Below are positions 54,613 to 64,000 of a stretch of DNA of 64,000 nucleotides, piece by piece. Every line of letters starts with the position of its first letter. The stretch's first letter is position 1. The notes under the pieces are model-generated. The model had not been told where the DNA came from. It made no database searches and worked only from the letters and a program-made list of their open reading frames with translations. Position numbers and translations under genes: made by a program. This DNA comes from Patescibacteria group bacterium (GTDB taxonomy: Bacteria; Patescibacteriota; WWE3; UBA101185; UBA10185): positions 13,597 to 77,596 of the forward strand of contig JAUMAA010000001.1 of NCBI GenBank assembly GCA_032117075.1, given 5' to 3'.

Positions 54613-55499
54613 TGAGAAGAATACCTGTTATTTTAGGGCCTACTTGTATTGGAAAAACAGACTTAGCTATCAAAATAGCAAAAGAAACAAATGCCCACAT
54701 TATCTCAATAGATAGCAGACAAGTTTTTATGGGTTTGGATATTGGGACAGGAAAGATAAAATCTAATTCTGAAATTTTTAAATCTTTATTTATGTGGGAG
54801 GTAGACGGAGTCAAGATTTTTGGTTACGATGTTTTAAAACCAAATGAAGAATTAAATGTAATTAAATACTGTGAGTTTATCAAGAATATCCTTGAAGAAT
54901 TTGATAAAGATAGATTTATTATTACCTGTGGAACTGGTTTTTACTTGAATTTTTTGATGGGAAATTTGGAATTTTCTGATATAAACCAAGAAAGAAAACT
55001 AGAATTAAATAAGTTATCTAGGGAAGAGTTGGTTCAAATATATCAAACTTTAGAAGACTCTAAGGAACTTGATTTAAATAATAAAGTAAGAATTATTACA
55101 AGAATACTATCCTTACAAAATCCTAAATCTAAAAAGAAAAGATTTAATGTAAAAAATACTAAATTCGATGTTTATTACCTTACAGATGAGAGGGAAATTT
55201 TATATGATAGGGCAGATAGGTTTATTGAAGATATTTTTTCTAAAAATGTAGTCGGAGAGTACTTAGATACTTTTAATTTTTATGGAGAGGTCAGGCCTTT
55301 GCATGGCTTAATTTATAAAGAGATTGGTAATTATCTTCACCAAAGAATAACTTATTCTGAATTAATATCCAAATGTAAATTCGATATGCATTCCTATATT
55401 AGAAGACAGGAAACCTATTTTAAGAAATTTGAATGCATTCTTAAAACTAATGATAGGGATTTGATTTTTTCTTCAATTCTAAAATGCTATAATTCATGA
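54612..55499 (+). CDS. miaA: tRNA dimethylallyltransferase
   Basis: P-loop ILGPTCIGKTDLAIKIA...ISIDSRQVFMGLDIGTGK. Its start overlaps the miaB stop (ATGA-type junction). Confidence 0.85.
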   Translation: MRRIPVILGPTCIGKTDLAIKIAKETNAHIISIDSRQVFMGLDIGTGKIKSNSEIFKSLFMWEVDGVKIFGYDVLKPNEELNVIKYCEFIKNILEEFDKDRFIITCGTGFYLNFLMGNLEFSDINQERKLELNKLSREELVQIYQTLEDSKELDLNNKVRIITRILSLQNPKSKKKRFNVKNTKFDVYYLTDEREILYDRADRFIEDIFSKNVVGEYLDTFNFYGEVRPLHGLIYKEIGNYLHQRITYSELISKCKFDMHSYIRRQETYFKKFECILKTNDRDLIFSSILKCYNS

Positions 55500-55500
55500 A

Positions 55501-56484
55501 ATGCATAATTTAAACTTAAATGTTCCATTTAAAACAATCTTATTTACTTTGTTTTCATTGGGTTTTGTTTATGCTCTTTACTCTATTTATCCTATTTTGA
55601 TACTTTTAGTATTAGCTGTAATCTTTGCAATTAGTTTAGAGCCTTTAGTTCAAAGAATTTCATCAGTAAAATATAATAAAAAACAAAAAATTTCTAGAAG
55701 TTTAGCGGTGATTTTATCTTTTGTAATTGTTTTATCAGTTATTGTGACAGCTTTTTTGTTTATAATTCCTGAAATATTTAGTCAGTTACCTAAATTATTT
55801 GAAACTACACAAAGAACACTTGAAATGTATTCTAGGCAATATAATTTCTCAATCGAGATACCTGATCTGTCTCAATATACAGAGAGAGCTTTATCGATTA
55901 GTCTTAGTTTATTTACTAATATATTTTCAATTCTAACTTTTATACTTTTATCTATATATATTTCTCTTGATTGGCTAAACATCAAGAAATTTTTTCATAA
56001 ACTTTTAGCAGATAGTTATAAGTCAAGATATGAAAAAATTTTGAATGAATTTGAATTTAGCATTGGAATGTGGGTAAAGGGTCAATTAATTTTGATGTTT
56101 ACAATTGGAATTTTAAGTACTTTGGTTTTATATCTTATTGGAAATCCCTACTATTTACCTCTAGGAATTTTGGCTGGGATTTTAGAAATAGTACCTATTG
56201 TAGGTCCAATAATTTCAACTTTATTTGCTGTCCTAATTTCATTTAGTATGAATGGACAAACCGCTGGTTTGATAACTTTAGGGACTTTTTACGGAATTCA
56301 AGTTTTAGAAAATAATTTACTTGTTCCAAAAGTAATGGAAAAAGTATCCGGGTTTAGCCCAATTCTGATCTTACTTGCTTTTTTAATATTTTCTAATTTT
56401 TTAGGAGTTGTAGGTGCTATCTTAGCCGTACCTATTTTAATGTTTGCCAATATACTTGTTAAATATTTAGTACTTAAGAAGTAA
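55501..56484 (+). CDS. AI-2E (PerM/YhhT) family transporter
   Basis: About 8 TM helices; C-terminal VVGAILAVPIL motif typical of the AI-2E family. Confidence 0.65.
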   Translation: MHNLNLNVPFKTILFTLFSLGFVYALYSIYPILILLVLAVIFAISLEPLVQRISSVKYNKKQKISRSLAVILSFVIVLSVIVTAFLFIIPEIFSQLPKLFETTQRTLEMYSRQYNFSIEIPDLSQYTERALSISLSLFTNIFSILTFILLSIYISLDWLNIKKFFHKLLADSYKSRYEKILNEFEFSIGMWVKGQLILMFTIGILSTLVLYLIGNPYYLPLGILAGILEIVPIVGPIISTLFAVLISFSMNGQTAGLITLGTFYGIQVLENNLLVPKVMEKVSGFSPILILLAFLIFSNFLGVVGAILAVPILMFANILVKYLVLKK

Positions 56485-56486
56485 TT

Positions 56487-56601
56487 CTTCTTCACTTCGT
56501 TTCAGAGCGAAATGAAGTTAGTACTTCTTTCTTCTTCACTTCGTTTCAGAGCGAAATGAAGTTAGTACTTCTTTCTTCTTCACTTCGTTTCAGAGCGAAA
56601 T
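56487..56601. repeat. 44-nt direct tandem repeat (2 full copies plus a 27-nt third copy that is the authentic rnpB 3' end)
   Basis: cttcttcacttcgtttcagagcgaaatgaagttagtacttcttt at 56487 and 56531; the third copy at 56575 diverges after ...gagcgaaat into rnpB sequence. Each unit contains a hairpin (ACUUCGUUUC-agagc-GAAAUGAAGU on the + strand RNA). Confidence 0.9.
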
Positions 56602-56957
56602 AAGCCGGATTCTGTAACTTGTCGTGATTTTTTGATTTAGTCAAAAATTTGCGATTTGTTTAATGATTATTTATCTAATGCCTCTTCCTTAGGTCTTGCC
56701 AAACGAGCTAATAACGACCAGTTCGAGAGTTGCTGCAGGTGGGATTGCCCTTTTCAGTTTAGACCGTGTTTTTCAATTTAGGTCTAAAATAGTTTCTGTT
56801 GCTCTCAGGTAATGTCATTTCACTACCTGCCTTTAACTCTTTTCAAAGTTGAAGGACCAGCTGTTTCCAGTCGGAGATTTCCCTCCGTCCCCTGTTTTGT
56901 GCAGTCCGGACTTTCCTCTGGATAAATCCAGTAATCATCTATCGCTCTGAAACACTG
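56583..56957 (-). ncRNA. rnpB: RNase P RNA, bacterial type A
   Basis: The minus-strand RNA contains: P1 (5' GUUUCAGAGCGA, paired with 3' UCGCUCUGAAAC); P3 (CUGGAUUUAUCCAG); P4 5' strand (AGAGGAAAGUCCGGACU) and P4 3' strand (ACAGAAUCCGGCUUA); AAAGGCAGGUAGUGAAAUGACAUUACCUGAG (GGCAGG...CCUG, P5-P7); GAGAGCAACAGAAAC; GGUCUAAACUGAAAAGGGCAAUCCCACC. The locus is GC-enriched relative to its flanks. Confidence 0.85.
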
Positions 56958-56959
56958 CA

Positions 56960-56988
56960 ATTATAACATTTTTGGGCATTTTAATCAA
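56960..56988 (-). promoter_or_regulatory. rnpB promoter (TTGATT-17-TATAAT), with the -10 element 6 nt upstream of the predicted P1 5' end
   Basis: Minus-strand reading: TTGATT (56983-56988), a 17-nt spacer, TATAAT (56960-56965), then tgcagt, then GUUUCAGAGCGA. Confidence 0.5.
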
Positions 56989-57007
56989 AAAGTGGTAATA
57001 TATTGTA

Positions 57008-58078
57008 ATGGAATTAGATGCAAAAAAGCTTTTCGCCTTAAATCCAAAACAGAAAAAATTTCTAAAATTCATAAATGTTTTCTTACTTTTAGTGGTACTT
57101 CCTTTGACAATTTATCTTTATTTTGATTATGCAATTAATAGGCCATCTCAAAATTATAAAGAAGTAAACTATAACTTAAAAGAAGGAGCTAGTTTAGATA
57201 GTATAGCCGGGGACTTGAAAGAACTTGGTGTCATCAATTCCGAAAATTTATTCACTTTATATGTAAAGATTTATAGACTTTATCCTAAATTTAAGTCTGG
57301 AATATATACTTTTCCATCTGGAGCTAGTTTGAAAGAAGTCTGCAACCAACTTCAAAGTGGATCAAATGGAATCTCAATCACTTTTATTGAAGGCAGGAGA
57401 CTTGAAGAATACGGGATTGTAGCCGCTTCTAAATTGACTTCTTTTAATTTTGAAAGATTTATGGAAAAAACAAAAGGTCTGGAGGGACAACTTTTCCCAG
57501 ATACATACTTTTTTTACACATCAGCTAATGAAGATGATGTAATTAGAGTCATGAGAAATAATTTTGAAAACAAAATGGATAAACTTAGAAAATCTGAAGA
57601 TTATAAGAAATCCAAACTTACAGATAACGAAATCTACATCGTAGCTTCTCTTTTGGAGAAAGAATCCTATAGGGGGGAGGAAAGAAGGATTATTGCTGGG
57701 ATTATTATTAGAAGACTTTTAAGAGGAGAAATTCTAGGAATAGATGCCTCAAATCAATACGGAATAGCTTCAGGAAAAGCCTGTCCTTCGGTGACAAAAA
57801 AAGTATGTCCAGATCTTGAAACAGCTAAGAAAATTAAGTGGTGGGATCCAAATATTACTCTGACAGATTTAAGGCAAGACTCTCCTTTTAACTTAAGATT
57901 AAATGCAGGATTGCCACCACAACCAATAGCTTCTTTTAGCGAAGAGTCTCTTCAGGCTGTAGTTGAAAATAAAGACTCTCCGTATAATTTTTATCTTCAT
58001 GATAGACAAGGTAATATCCATTATGGAGTTACATTAGCTGATCATGAATCAAATATCGCTAGATATCTTTCAAACTAA
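57008..58078 (+). CDS. mltG: endolytic murein transglycosylase MltG (YceG family)
   Basis: N-terminal TM helix; YceG motifs ...EGQLFPDTYFF..., ASLLEKES and ...NLRLNAGLPPQPIAS. Confidence 0.8.
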   Translation: MELDAKKLFALNPKQKKFLKFINVFLLLVVLPLTIYLYFDYAINRPSQNYKEVNYNLKEGASLDSIAGDLKELGVINSENLFTLYVKIYRLYPKFKSGIYTFPSGASLKEVCNQLQSGSNGISITFIEGRRLEEYGIVAASKLTSFNFERFMEKTKGLEGQLFPDTYFFYTSANEDDVIRVMRNNFENKMDKLRKSEDYKKSKLTDNEIYIVASLLEKESYRGEERRIIAGIIIRRLLRGEILGIDASNQYGIASGKACPSVTKKVCPDLETAKKIKWWDPNITLTDLRQDSPFNLRLNAGLPPQPIASFSEESLQAVVENKDSPYNFYLHDRQGNIHYGVTLADHESNIARYLSN

Positions 58079-58157
58079 ATTCAAAATTTTAAATCTATTC
58101 TTCCTATAATAGAAAGTTATAGCAAATAAATAATAATTATTAGTATAATATAGTTAT

Positions 58158-58850
58158 ATGTTGTCAAACTCAATAATTAGATTTGAAAATGTTTTTAAAG
58201 CTTACGGGGATGAGACGGTTTTAGAAAATATAGATTTTGAAATAAAAAGAGGAGAATTTGTTTTCTTAATCGGTCCATCCGGAGCAGGGAAATCGACTGT
58301 TCTTAAATTATTAAATAAAGAAGAAACACCAACTAGCGGAAAAATTATAATAGATGATGTAGACTTAGAAACTGTAGACTATTCTGAGATGTACAAGATT
58401 AGAAGGAAGATTGGGGTTATTTTTCAAGATTTTAGAGTTATAAAATCAAGAAATGTTTTTGAAAATGTAGCAGTCTCACTCGAAGTTACAGAGGCTCCCC
58501 AAGATGTTATACAAGAAGTAGTACCTAATATTTTAGAGATGGTAGGTTTACAGAATAAAATTTTAAAGAAAACTTCCGAATTATCTGGCGGTGAAATTCA
58601 AAGATTAACCATCGCTAGAGCATTAGCACACGAACCAGATATTTTAGTAGCAGATGAGCCAACCGGAATGATTGATCCTAAAGCAGCTGGAGATGTAATG
58701 AATTTACTTCTTGAAATAAATAAGCTAGGAACTACAGTATTAATGGCAACACACGACTACAATATTGTTAATCACTATAAAAAAAGAGTTATAAAAATTG
58801 AGGATGGGAAAATTATTTCAGATAAAAAGATAGGATCTTACCATGAATAA
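58158..58850 (+). CDS. ftsE: cell-division ABC transporter ATPase FtsE
   Basis: Walker A GPSGAGKST; signature LSGGEIQRLTIARAL; Walker B ILVADEP; H-loop. Confidence 0.9.
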   Translation: MLSNSIIRFENVFKAYGDETVLENIDFEIKRGEFVFLIGPSGAGKSTVLKLLNKEETPTSGKIIIDDVDLETVDYSEMYKIRRKIGVIFQDFRVIKSRNVFENVAVSLEVTEAPQDVIQEVVPNILEMVGLQNKILKKTSELSGGEIQRLTIARALAHEPDILVADEPTGMIDPKAAGDVMNLLLEINKLGTTVLMATHDYNIVNHYKKRVIKIEDGKIISDKKIGSYHE

Positions 58851-59724
58851 CCTTTTACACTTTCTCCAAAAAGAAAAAATGATTTCAACTATCTCAATTT
58901 TGGCAATTTTTGTTTCTTTTACCTTGCTTTCTTTTATTTTTAGTTTCTCAGTTCTGTCTAACACCGCTATGAACTTTTTACAGAAACAGGTTCAAGTCAG
59001 GGTGTTTTTTAAAGATTCATACAATCAAGAGAATATTTTAAATTTAAAAGCTGAGCTTGAAAAAGATCCAAGAATTATGGAGGTAGGGTTTACTTCCAAA
59101 GACGATGCTTTAAGGATTTTTAAAGATCTTTCCAAGAATGATCCTATATTACAGGAGTCTTTGACCTCAAATATCTTACCGGCATCCCTTGAGATTAGAG
59201 CAAATGATGTTAAAGATTTAGATGATATAGCAAATGAGTTTACTGGTAGAGAGTACATAGATTCTGTTAAGTACCTTAAGGATATCAAGGATACCTTTAA
59301 GTATTATTCATCTATCATAACAATTGTTTCAGTTATTTTGTTTTTACTTTTCTTTATAGTTTCTTTTGGTATTATTTTATCTACTATCAGAATCAACATT
59401 TTTCAAAAGAAGGACGAGATTGAGACAATGAAAATAGTTGGGGCTAGTGATGAGTTTATACAAAGACCATTTATCTCTCAAGGTGTCATTTATGCAATGG
59501 TTGGTTCTTTTTTAGCAGGGTTATTTTCTTTTATTACATTAGTTTTAATGTTTGTTTCAAACTCTTTAGGTTTGAAAGATATTAAAGAGGTTTACCTTTT
59601 GGGTAATATTAAAGTACATTTTCTAGTTTTCGCAATTATTCTAGTAGTTGTAATTAATTTATTAGGTTATTTATTAGGTAGATTTGGAAGTAAAGCAGCA
59701 GTGGACAACTATCTAAAAATCTAG
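58843..59724 (+). CDS. ftsX: cell-division permease FtsX
   Basis: TM1, a large extracytoplasmic loop, then 3 C-terminal TM helices. Overlaps the ftsE stop. Confidence 0.8.
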   Translation: MNNLLHFLQKEKMISTISILAIFVSFTLLSFIFSFSVLSNTAMNFLQKQVQVRVFFKDSYNQENILNLKAELEKDPRIMEVGFTSKDDALRIFKDLSKNDPILQESLTSNILPASLEIRANDVKDLDDIANEFTGREYIDSVKYLKDIKDTFKYYSSIITIVSVILFLLFFIVSFGIILSTIRINIFQKKDEIETMKIVGASDEFIQRPFISQGVIYAMVGSFLAGLFSFITLVLMFVSNSLGLKDIKEVYLLGNIKVHFLVFAIILVVVINLLGYLLGRFGSKAAVDNYLKI

Positions 59725-59728
59725 AAAA

Positions 59729-60904
59729 ATGTCTATAAAAAATTTTTTATTTTTATTAACTTTATTTTGCACATTAAGTCTTTTAACCTTCACTTTCTCT
59801 TCAAGTTTATTTCATAGCAAAGCTTTAACTAACGATGAGTTACTAAATAAAGAACAAGAATATCAGAGGATTATTGATAGTTTGAAATCAAAGTCAGCTA
59901 CTCTTCAAAACGAAATTGATTATTTCGATAATCAAATGAATATAACTAAGCTTAAAATACAGAAAACTGAAGCTGATCTTGCTCAGAAAAATAACTTACT
60001 GACTGAACTTACTAATTATATTACTGAGCTAGAAAAAAGAATTGAAAAAATTGATTCTTCCATTGATGTTCAAAATATTGAAATTCAAAATAGAATAAAA
60101 GAGAGGTATAAGTCACACTCAGAAGTTTCCGCAATAAATTTAATTTTAAATAATAATTTAAATCAGACCTTAGTTAAGATACAGTATCTTCAAGAACTAG
60201 AAGAGAAAGATAAAAAATTGATTGATTACATGAAGAATACAAAATCTGATTTTGGTGTTCAAAAAAAGTTAATTGAAAAAAAGAGAACTGAAGTAGATGA
60301 AGTTAAAATTCAAATTGAAAATGAAATGAAAAATTTAGTAGCACAAAAAGCAACTTTAGAAAAGCAAGTTGGGGAAAAAAATAGTTTGTTAAAGTTAACT
60401 CAGAATGACGAAGCTAAATACCAGAAACTTTTATCTCAAATTCAATCAGAGTTGGATGCTCAAAATTTAGCTATCGGAATATCTGGAAAAAACGGAAAGA
60501 ATATTAAGAAGGGTGAAATAATAGGTTACCTTGGAAATACTGGATGTTCAACAGGACCTCACCTTCATTTTTCATATTTCATAAATAATAAACCAATTGA
60601 TCCCTTCCCTTATTTGAAATCAGGAAGACTTGCCTGGCCAATTTCTAACTATAAAGTGACTCAATATTTTGGGGAGAACTATAGTTTTTATATGAGAAGG
60701 TTTGGAGTTCCAGGTCACTTGGCCATGGATATTATTGACCCTTCAATTTGGATTGGTTCGCCCGTAAGGGCTTCCAAGGACGGGGTAATTCACTATGCCT
60801 CCGACTCAAAAGTTTACTGTCCTGATATAAATAATACTATCGGTAAGGGTGCTGTAATTGACCACGGTAATGGAGAAAAAACACTCTATTGGCACTTAAA
60901 GTAG
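59729..60904 (+). CDS. M23 (LytM-type) peptidase with a long N-terminal coiled-coil (EnvC/PcsB-like)
   Basis: Signal/TM, then about 230 aa of coiled-coil, then an M23 domain with HLHF (GCSTGPHLHFSY) and ...IDHGNGE...HL. Confidence 0.8.
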   Translation: MSIKNFLFLLTLFCTLSLLTFTFSSSLFHSKALTNDELLNKEQEYQRIIDSLKSKSATLQNEIDYFDNQMNITKLKIQKTEADLAQKNNLLTELTNYITELEKRIEKIDSSIDVQNIEIQNRIKERYKSHSEVSAINLILNNNLNQTLVKIQYLQELEEKDKKLIDYMKNTKSDFGVQKKLIEKKRTEVDEVKIQIENEMKNLVAQKATLEKQVGEKNSLLKLTQNDEAKYQKLLSQIQSELDAQNLAIGISGKNGKNIKKGEIIGYLGNTGCSTGPHLHFSYFINNKPIDPFPYLKSGRLAWPISNYKVTQYFGENYSFYMRRFGVPGHLAMDIIDPSIWIGSPVRASKDGVIHYASDSKVYCPDINNTIGKGAVIDHGNGEKTLYWHLK

Positions 60905-60917
60905 TTATAATATAAAT

Positions 60918-61310
60918 ATGAGAAAAAATAGTAAATTTTACGATGTGCTTGAGGATTACTTTCCTTTAATTGTACTATCGGCTTATATCTTTATTCAATC
61001 GTCTAGACCTGCTGTAATGGTTAGTTATGACGGTTCCACTAATTTTTTGGTTCATAAGTTAGCTCATGTAATTGTTTATTCTTTTTTATACCTCTTTGCT
61101 TGCCGAGCTTTTAAGGATAAAAGAAATGCTTTAGTTTATTGTATTTTGTTTGCAATATCTGATGAGGTTCATCAATTTTTTACCCCGACTAGAAATGCAA
61201 GTGTTATTGACTTATTAATTGATGCAACTGCAATTTTAGGAACAAATTATATAGTTGAAAATCATTATTCTAAGATTCCAAATGTACTTAAGAAGTTTTT
61301 TGGTTTATGA
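60918..61310 (+). CDS. VanZ-like membrane protein
   Basis: 4 TM helices; DEVHQFFTPTRNASVIDLLIDATAILG resembles the VanZ signature. Confidence 0.45.
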   Translation: MRKNSKFYDVLEDYFPLIVLSAYIFIQSSRPAVMVSYDGSTNFLVHKLAHVIVYSFLYLFACRAFKDKRNALVYCILFAISDEVHQFFTPTRNASVIDLLIDATAILGTNYIVENHYSKIPNVLKKFFGL

Positions 61311-61738
61311 GTAATAGAGTTGAGATCTCTTCATCTCCAACAGAAACTAAATTAATTGCTGCAAATTTTATAAAATCTTTAGAAAATAAAAAGATTAATA
61401 TTTTTTTAAGTGGAGATTTAGGTGCTGGAAAAACACAATTTGTAAAAGGAATTTTTGAGGGTTTGGGTTATGCAAACTCCCCTACCTCTCCAACTTATGA
61501 TTTAATTCTAAGTTATCAGATTGAAGATTTAGTAGTTAATCACTTAGATTTATATAGAATTGAAGTTTTGAATTTGGAAGATGAGATTTGGTTAAATCAA
61601 ATTTTAGGTCAAGAAAGTTTAAATATAATTGAGTGGGGAAACAAGTTTGATTTCGGAAATTTAATCAAACCTCAGTATTTAATACATATATCTATAATAG
61701 AAAATGATGAAAGAAAAATTGAAATTTTTAGTAATTGA
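61307..61738 (+). CDS. tsaE: tRNA t6A biosynthesis ATPase TsaE (YjeE)
   Basis: P-loop LSGDLGAGKTQFVKGI; 143 aa. Confidence 0.8.
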   Translation: MSNRVEISSSPTETKLIAANFIKSLENKKINIFLSGDLGAGKTQFVKGIFEGLGYANSPTSPTYDLILSYQIEDLVVNHLDLYRIEVLNLEDEIWLNQILGQESLNIIEWGNKFDFGNLIKPQYLIHISIIENDERKIEIFSN

Positions 61739-62330
61739 TACCTCTGATGAAAATTTAACAAGTGTAACTTTTTATAATTCAGGAAAAGTTTATTTAAAAA
61801 ATTCTACTGAAGAAAGAGGTCATATAAAAAACCTGATGCCTTTAATTAGGGATGTATTATTTGAGAATAGTATTTCAATATCTGACTTGGATTTTATAGC
61901 AGTAGTTGAAGGTCCTGGGTCTTGGACTGGTTTGAGAATTGGTTTTGCAACTGTTAAAGTTTTATGTTTAATAAATAATCTAAAGTTAATTGTAATAAAC
62001 AACTTTGATGTATTTCAAAAAAATTTTGAAAATAAAAATAACTCAACTGAAATTGTAATTTTAATCAATTCTTCGAATTTAAATTATTATTATAGGTACA
62101 TTTTAAAAGGAAGTGGTGAGTATGCTGATGGTATTGGTTCAATAAAGACTTTAGAAGAAAAATTTCCTAAAATAGAAAAAATAAATTTCATTAGACCTAA
62201 TCTTAATGAATATATAAATTTAGCAATTGAAAAATTTGAACATAAAAGATTTCAAAATGTCGACTCTGCAGAGCCTTACTATATATCTACTGGTGATATT
62301 AAATCTAATTTTACAAAGGCAAAAGTATGA
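61704..62330 (+). CDS. tsaB: tRNA t6A biosynthesis protein TsaB (YeaZ)-like
   Basis: LVIDTSDENLTSVTF... matches the TsaB N-terminal ASKHA fold; lies between tsaE and tsaD. Confidence 0.7.
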   Translation: MMKEKLKFLVIDTSDENLTSVTFYNSGKVYLKNSTEERGHIKNLMPLIRDVLFENSISISDLDFIAVVEGPGSWTGLRIGFATVKVLCLINNLKLIVINNFDVFQKNFENKNNSTEIVILINSSNLNYYYRYILKGSGEYADGIGSIKTLEEKFPKIEKINFIRPNLNEYINLAIEKFEHKRFQNVDSAEPYYISTGDIKSNFTKAKV

Positions 62331-63328
62331 TAATTTTAGGCATTGAAACAAGTTGTGATGATACTTCTATTTCTATAGTTAGAAATGGAAATGAAGTTTT
62401 ATCAAATATTGTTTGGAATCAAAATAAAACTCATGAAATTTACGGAGGAATAGTTCCAGAACTAGGGGCTAGAAGACATTTACAAGTTATTAATTTAGTT
62501 ATTAAAGAAGCATTAGACAAAGCATCGATATCATTTCAAGATATCGATGCTGTTGCTGTTAATAACCAAAAAGGTTTAATAAGATCATTAGTAGTAGGAG
62601 TTTCAGCTGCAAAAGCTCTTGCCTACTCATTAAATATTCCACTTATCCCTGTTCATCACATTGAAGGTCACATATATTCCAATTTAATAGAAAATAAAAA
62701 TCTGACCTTTCCTCATATTTGCTTAACTGTTTCGGGCGGACATAATTTGTTAGTAATTGTGAATAATCATTTTGAATATGAAATAATTGGAAATACTTTG
62801 GATGATGCTGCAGGGGAGGTGTTAGATAAAGTTGCAAGATTTTTAGGTTTGGGTTTTCCAGGAGGGCCAGTTATCGATAGATTATCAAAAGATGGTGATA
62901 GGAAAAAATTCCATTTTCCAAGACCAATGATTGAAGAAAGTAATTTTGATTTCTCATTTAGTGGGTTAAAAACAGCTGTTACCCGAAAAGTTCAACAATT
63001 AGCTGATTCAGAAACTTCATACGAATTAAATAATTTATTAGCTTCCTTTCAGGAAGCAGTAGTTGAAACGCTTGCTGAGAAGACTATTAATGCTTGTAAA
63101 AAACATAATTTAAAACAGATTTCGGTTGTAGGAGGGGTGAGTGCCAATTCTAGACTAAGAGAACTATTTATTGAAAAATCTTCTAAAAATGGGTTAGAGG
63201 TATTCTTTCCTTCCCTCTCTTTCACCACTGATAACGCAGCTATGATTGCTTGTCTGGGTTATTATAAATATAAAAATCACTCTCTTGGAAATTTAGACTT
63301 AGAGGTGCATTCAAATCTCGGACTTTAA
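62327..63328 (+). CDS. tsaD: tRNA N6-adenosine threonylcarbamoyltransferase TsaD (Kae1/YgjD)
   Basis: ILGIETSCDDTSISIV; metal-binding HHIEGHI; VSGGVSANSRL. Confidence 0.9.
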   Translation: MIILGIETSCDDTSISIVRNGNEVLSNIVWNQNKTHEIYGGIVPELGARRHLQVINLVIKEALDKASISFQDIDAVAVNNQKGLIRSLVVGVSAAKALAYSLNIPLIPVHHIEGHIYSNLIENKNLTFPHICLTVSGGHNLLVIVNNHFEYEIIGNTLDDAAGEVLDKVARFLGLGFPGGPVIDRLSKDGDRKKFHFPRPMIEESNFDFSFSGLKTAVTRKVQQLADSETSYELNNLLASFQEAVVETLAEKTINACKKHNLKQISVVGGVSANSRLRELFIEKSSKNGLEVFFPSLSFTTDNAAMIACLGYYKYKNHSLGNLDLEVHSNLGL

Positions 63329-63347
63329 TTTGTGATAAAATTAGGTA

Positions 63348-64000
63348 TATGAAAATCCTCGTTACTGGATGTGCTGGGTTTATAGGTTCCAATTTAGTTG
63401 ACTACTTGTTAGTTAAAAATTACCTAGTAGTAGGTGTTGATAATTTTAATAATTTTTATTCTCCTAAGATTAAACATGAGAATTTAAAAGAGACTCTTAC
63501 AAATAATAGATTTAAATTATATGAATTTGATTTACTAGATTTTGATAAATTAGATCGTATTTTTAACGAAGAGAAATTTGATGCAATCGTTCATTTAGCC
63601 GCTTATGCAGGTGTTACTTATTCTTTTGAAAAACCTTTGGTTTATGTCAGAAATAATCTCGAGGTAACAACAGAATTATTAAATTTATGTAAAAAATATG
63701 AGGTAAATAATTTTATTTTTGCATCTACTTCTTCGATCTACGGTGAAAATCCTACTCCTTTTAACGAGTCAATGTCGACTGATTTGCCTTTAGCACCTTA
63801 CCCAGCTACTAAAAAAGCTTGTGAAGTAATGATTGCTACCTTTGTGAAAAATACAAATATTAATGCAAGTATTTTAAGATTTTTTAATCCTCTTGATATA
63901 AGAGTCAGAACTGATTTAGCTTTGTTTAAATTAATTAAAAGTGCAGAATACGGGGATGATTTCCCACAGTTTCAAGATTTAAATTCAACAGGAAGGGATT
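63348..64000 (+). CDS. NAD-dependent epimerase/dehydratase (SDR extended family), partial; continues beyond the window
   Basis: The ATG at 63348 opens MKILVTGCAGFIGSNLVDYL (Rossmann GxxGxxG)...VHLAAYAGV... There is no in-frame stop before 64000. Confidence 0.75.

Noticed and set aside
56487-56605. Possible CRISPR array (regularly spaced repeats)
   Set aside because: The 44-nt units are directly adjacent with no intervening spacers, and the third copy is the 3' end of rnpB. This is a tandem duplication, not a repeat-spacer array. No cas genes are nearby.

Overview
Gene-dense 64 kb window from a low-GC (about 30% by eye) bacterial chromosome. It uses the standard code: TGA stops, including an ATGA stop/start overlap at 14581-14584. 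Most CDSs are core housekeeping genes, many translationally coupled. The encoded proteins are consistently shorter than textbook homologues (PGK 320 aa, IF-2 489 aa, HrcA 243 aa). Together with Gram-positive-type envelope genes (sortase, LytR-CpsA-Psr, FtsEX-M23, MltG), this points to a reduced-genome, CPR/Patescibacteria-like lineage; that placement is inference.

Recognisable blocks:
- dnaG-rpoD
- umuD-umuC-like with divergent trxA
- a gap-pgk-[ferredoxin]-[truncated AOR-like]-tpiA-LCP-holA-sortase operon
- a PilN/PilO-like cluster with rpsT; murJ; lepA
- hrcA-grpE-dnaK-(antisense membrane ORF)-dnaJ
- nusA-infB-rpsO-pnp
- a Lon-like AAA+ protein lacking a protease domain, a family-4 UDG and RNase J
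- an 865-aa transglutaminase-like protein, ftsK, a rodZ-like gene and an orphan VirD4/TraG-like ATPase
- an alaS gene encoding the catalytic domain only, an ftsA/pilM-like gene, yqgF, miaB-miaA, an AI-2E transporter, mltG, ftsE-ftsX-M23 and tsaE-tsaB-tsaD

Two RNA genes were found by eye: tRNA-Ser(GGA) at 2490..2579 and a type-A RNase P RNA (rnpB) on the minus strand at about 56583..56957. The last 44 nt of rnpB are tandemly triplicated.

The most unusual observations are:
- a single-cluster ferredoxin plus a truncated aldehyde:ferredoxin oxidoreductase-like ORF embedded inside the gap-pgk-tpi operon
- the rnpB 3' tandem repeat
- an AlaRS with only the aminoacylation domain
- a Lon AAA+ module without a protease domain, coupled to a zinc-ribbon membrane protein
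- a sortase with an adjacent VPTTG-motif Thr-rich substrate candidate
- a PD-(D/E)xK nuclease beside the tRNA
- a recurring GAGAGA + GC-hairpin terminator motif

No CRISPR array, rRNA or obvious transposase was seen.
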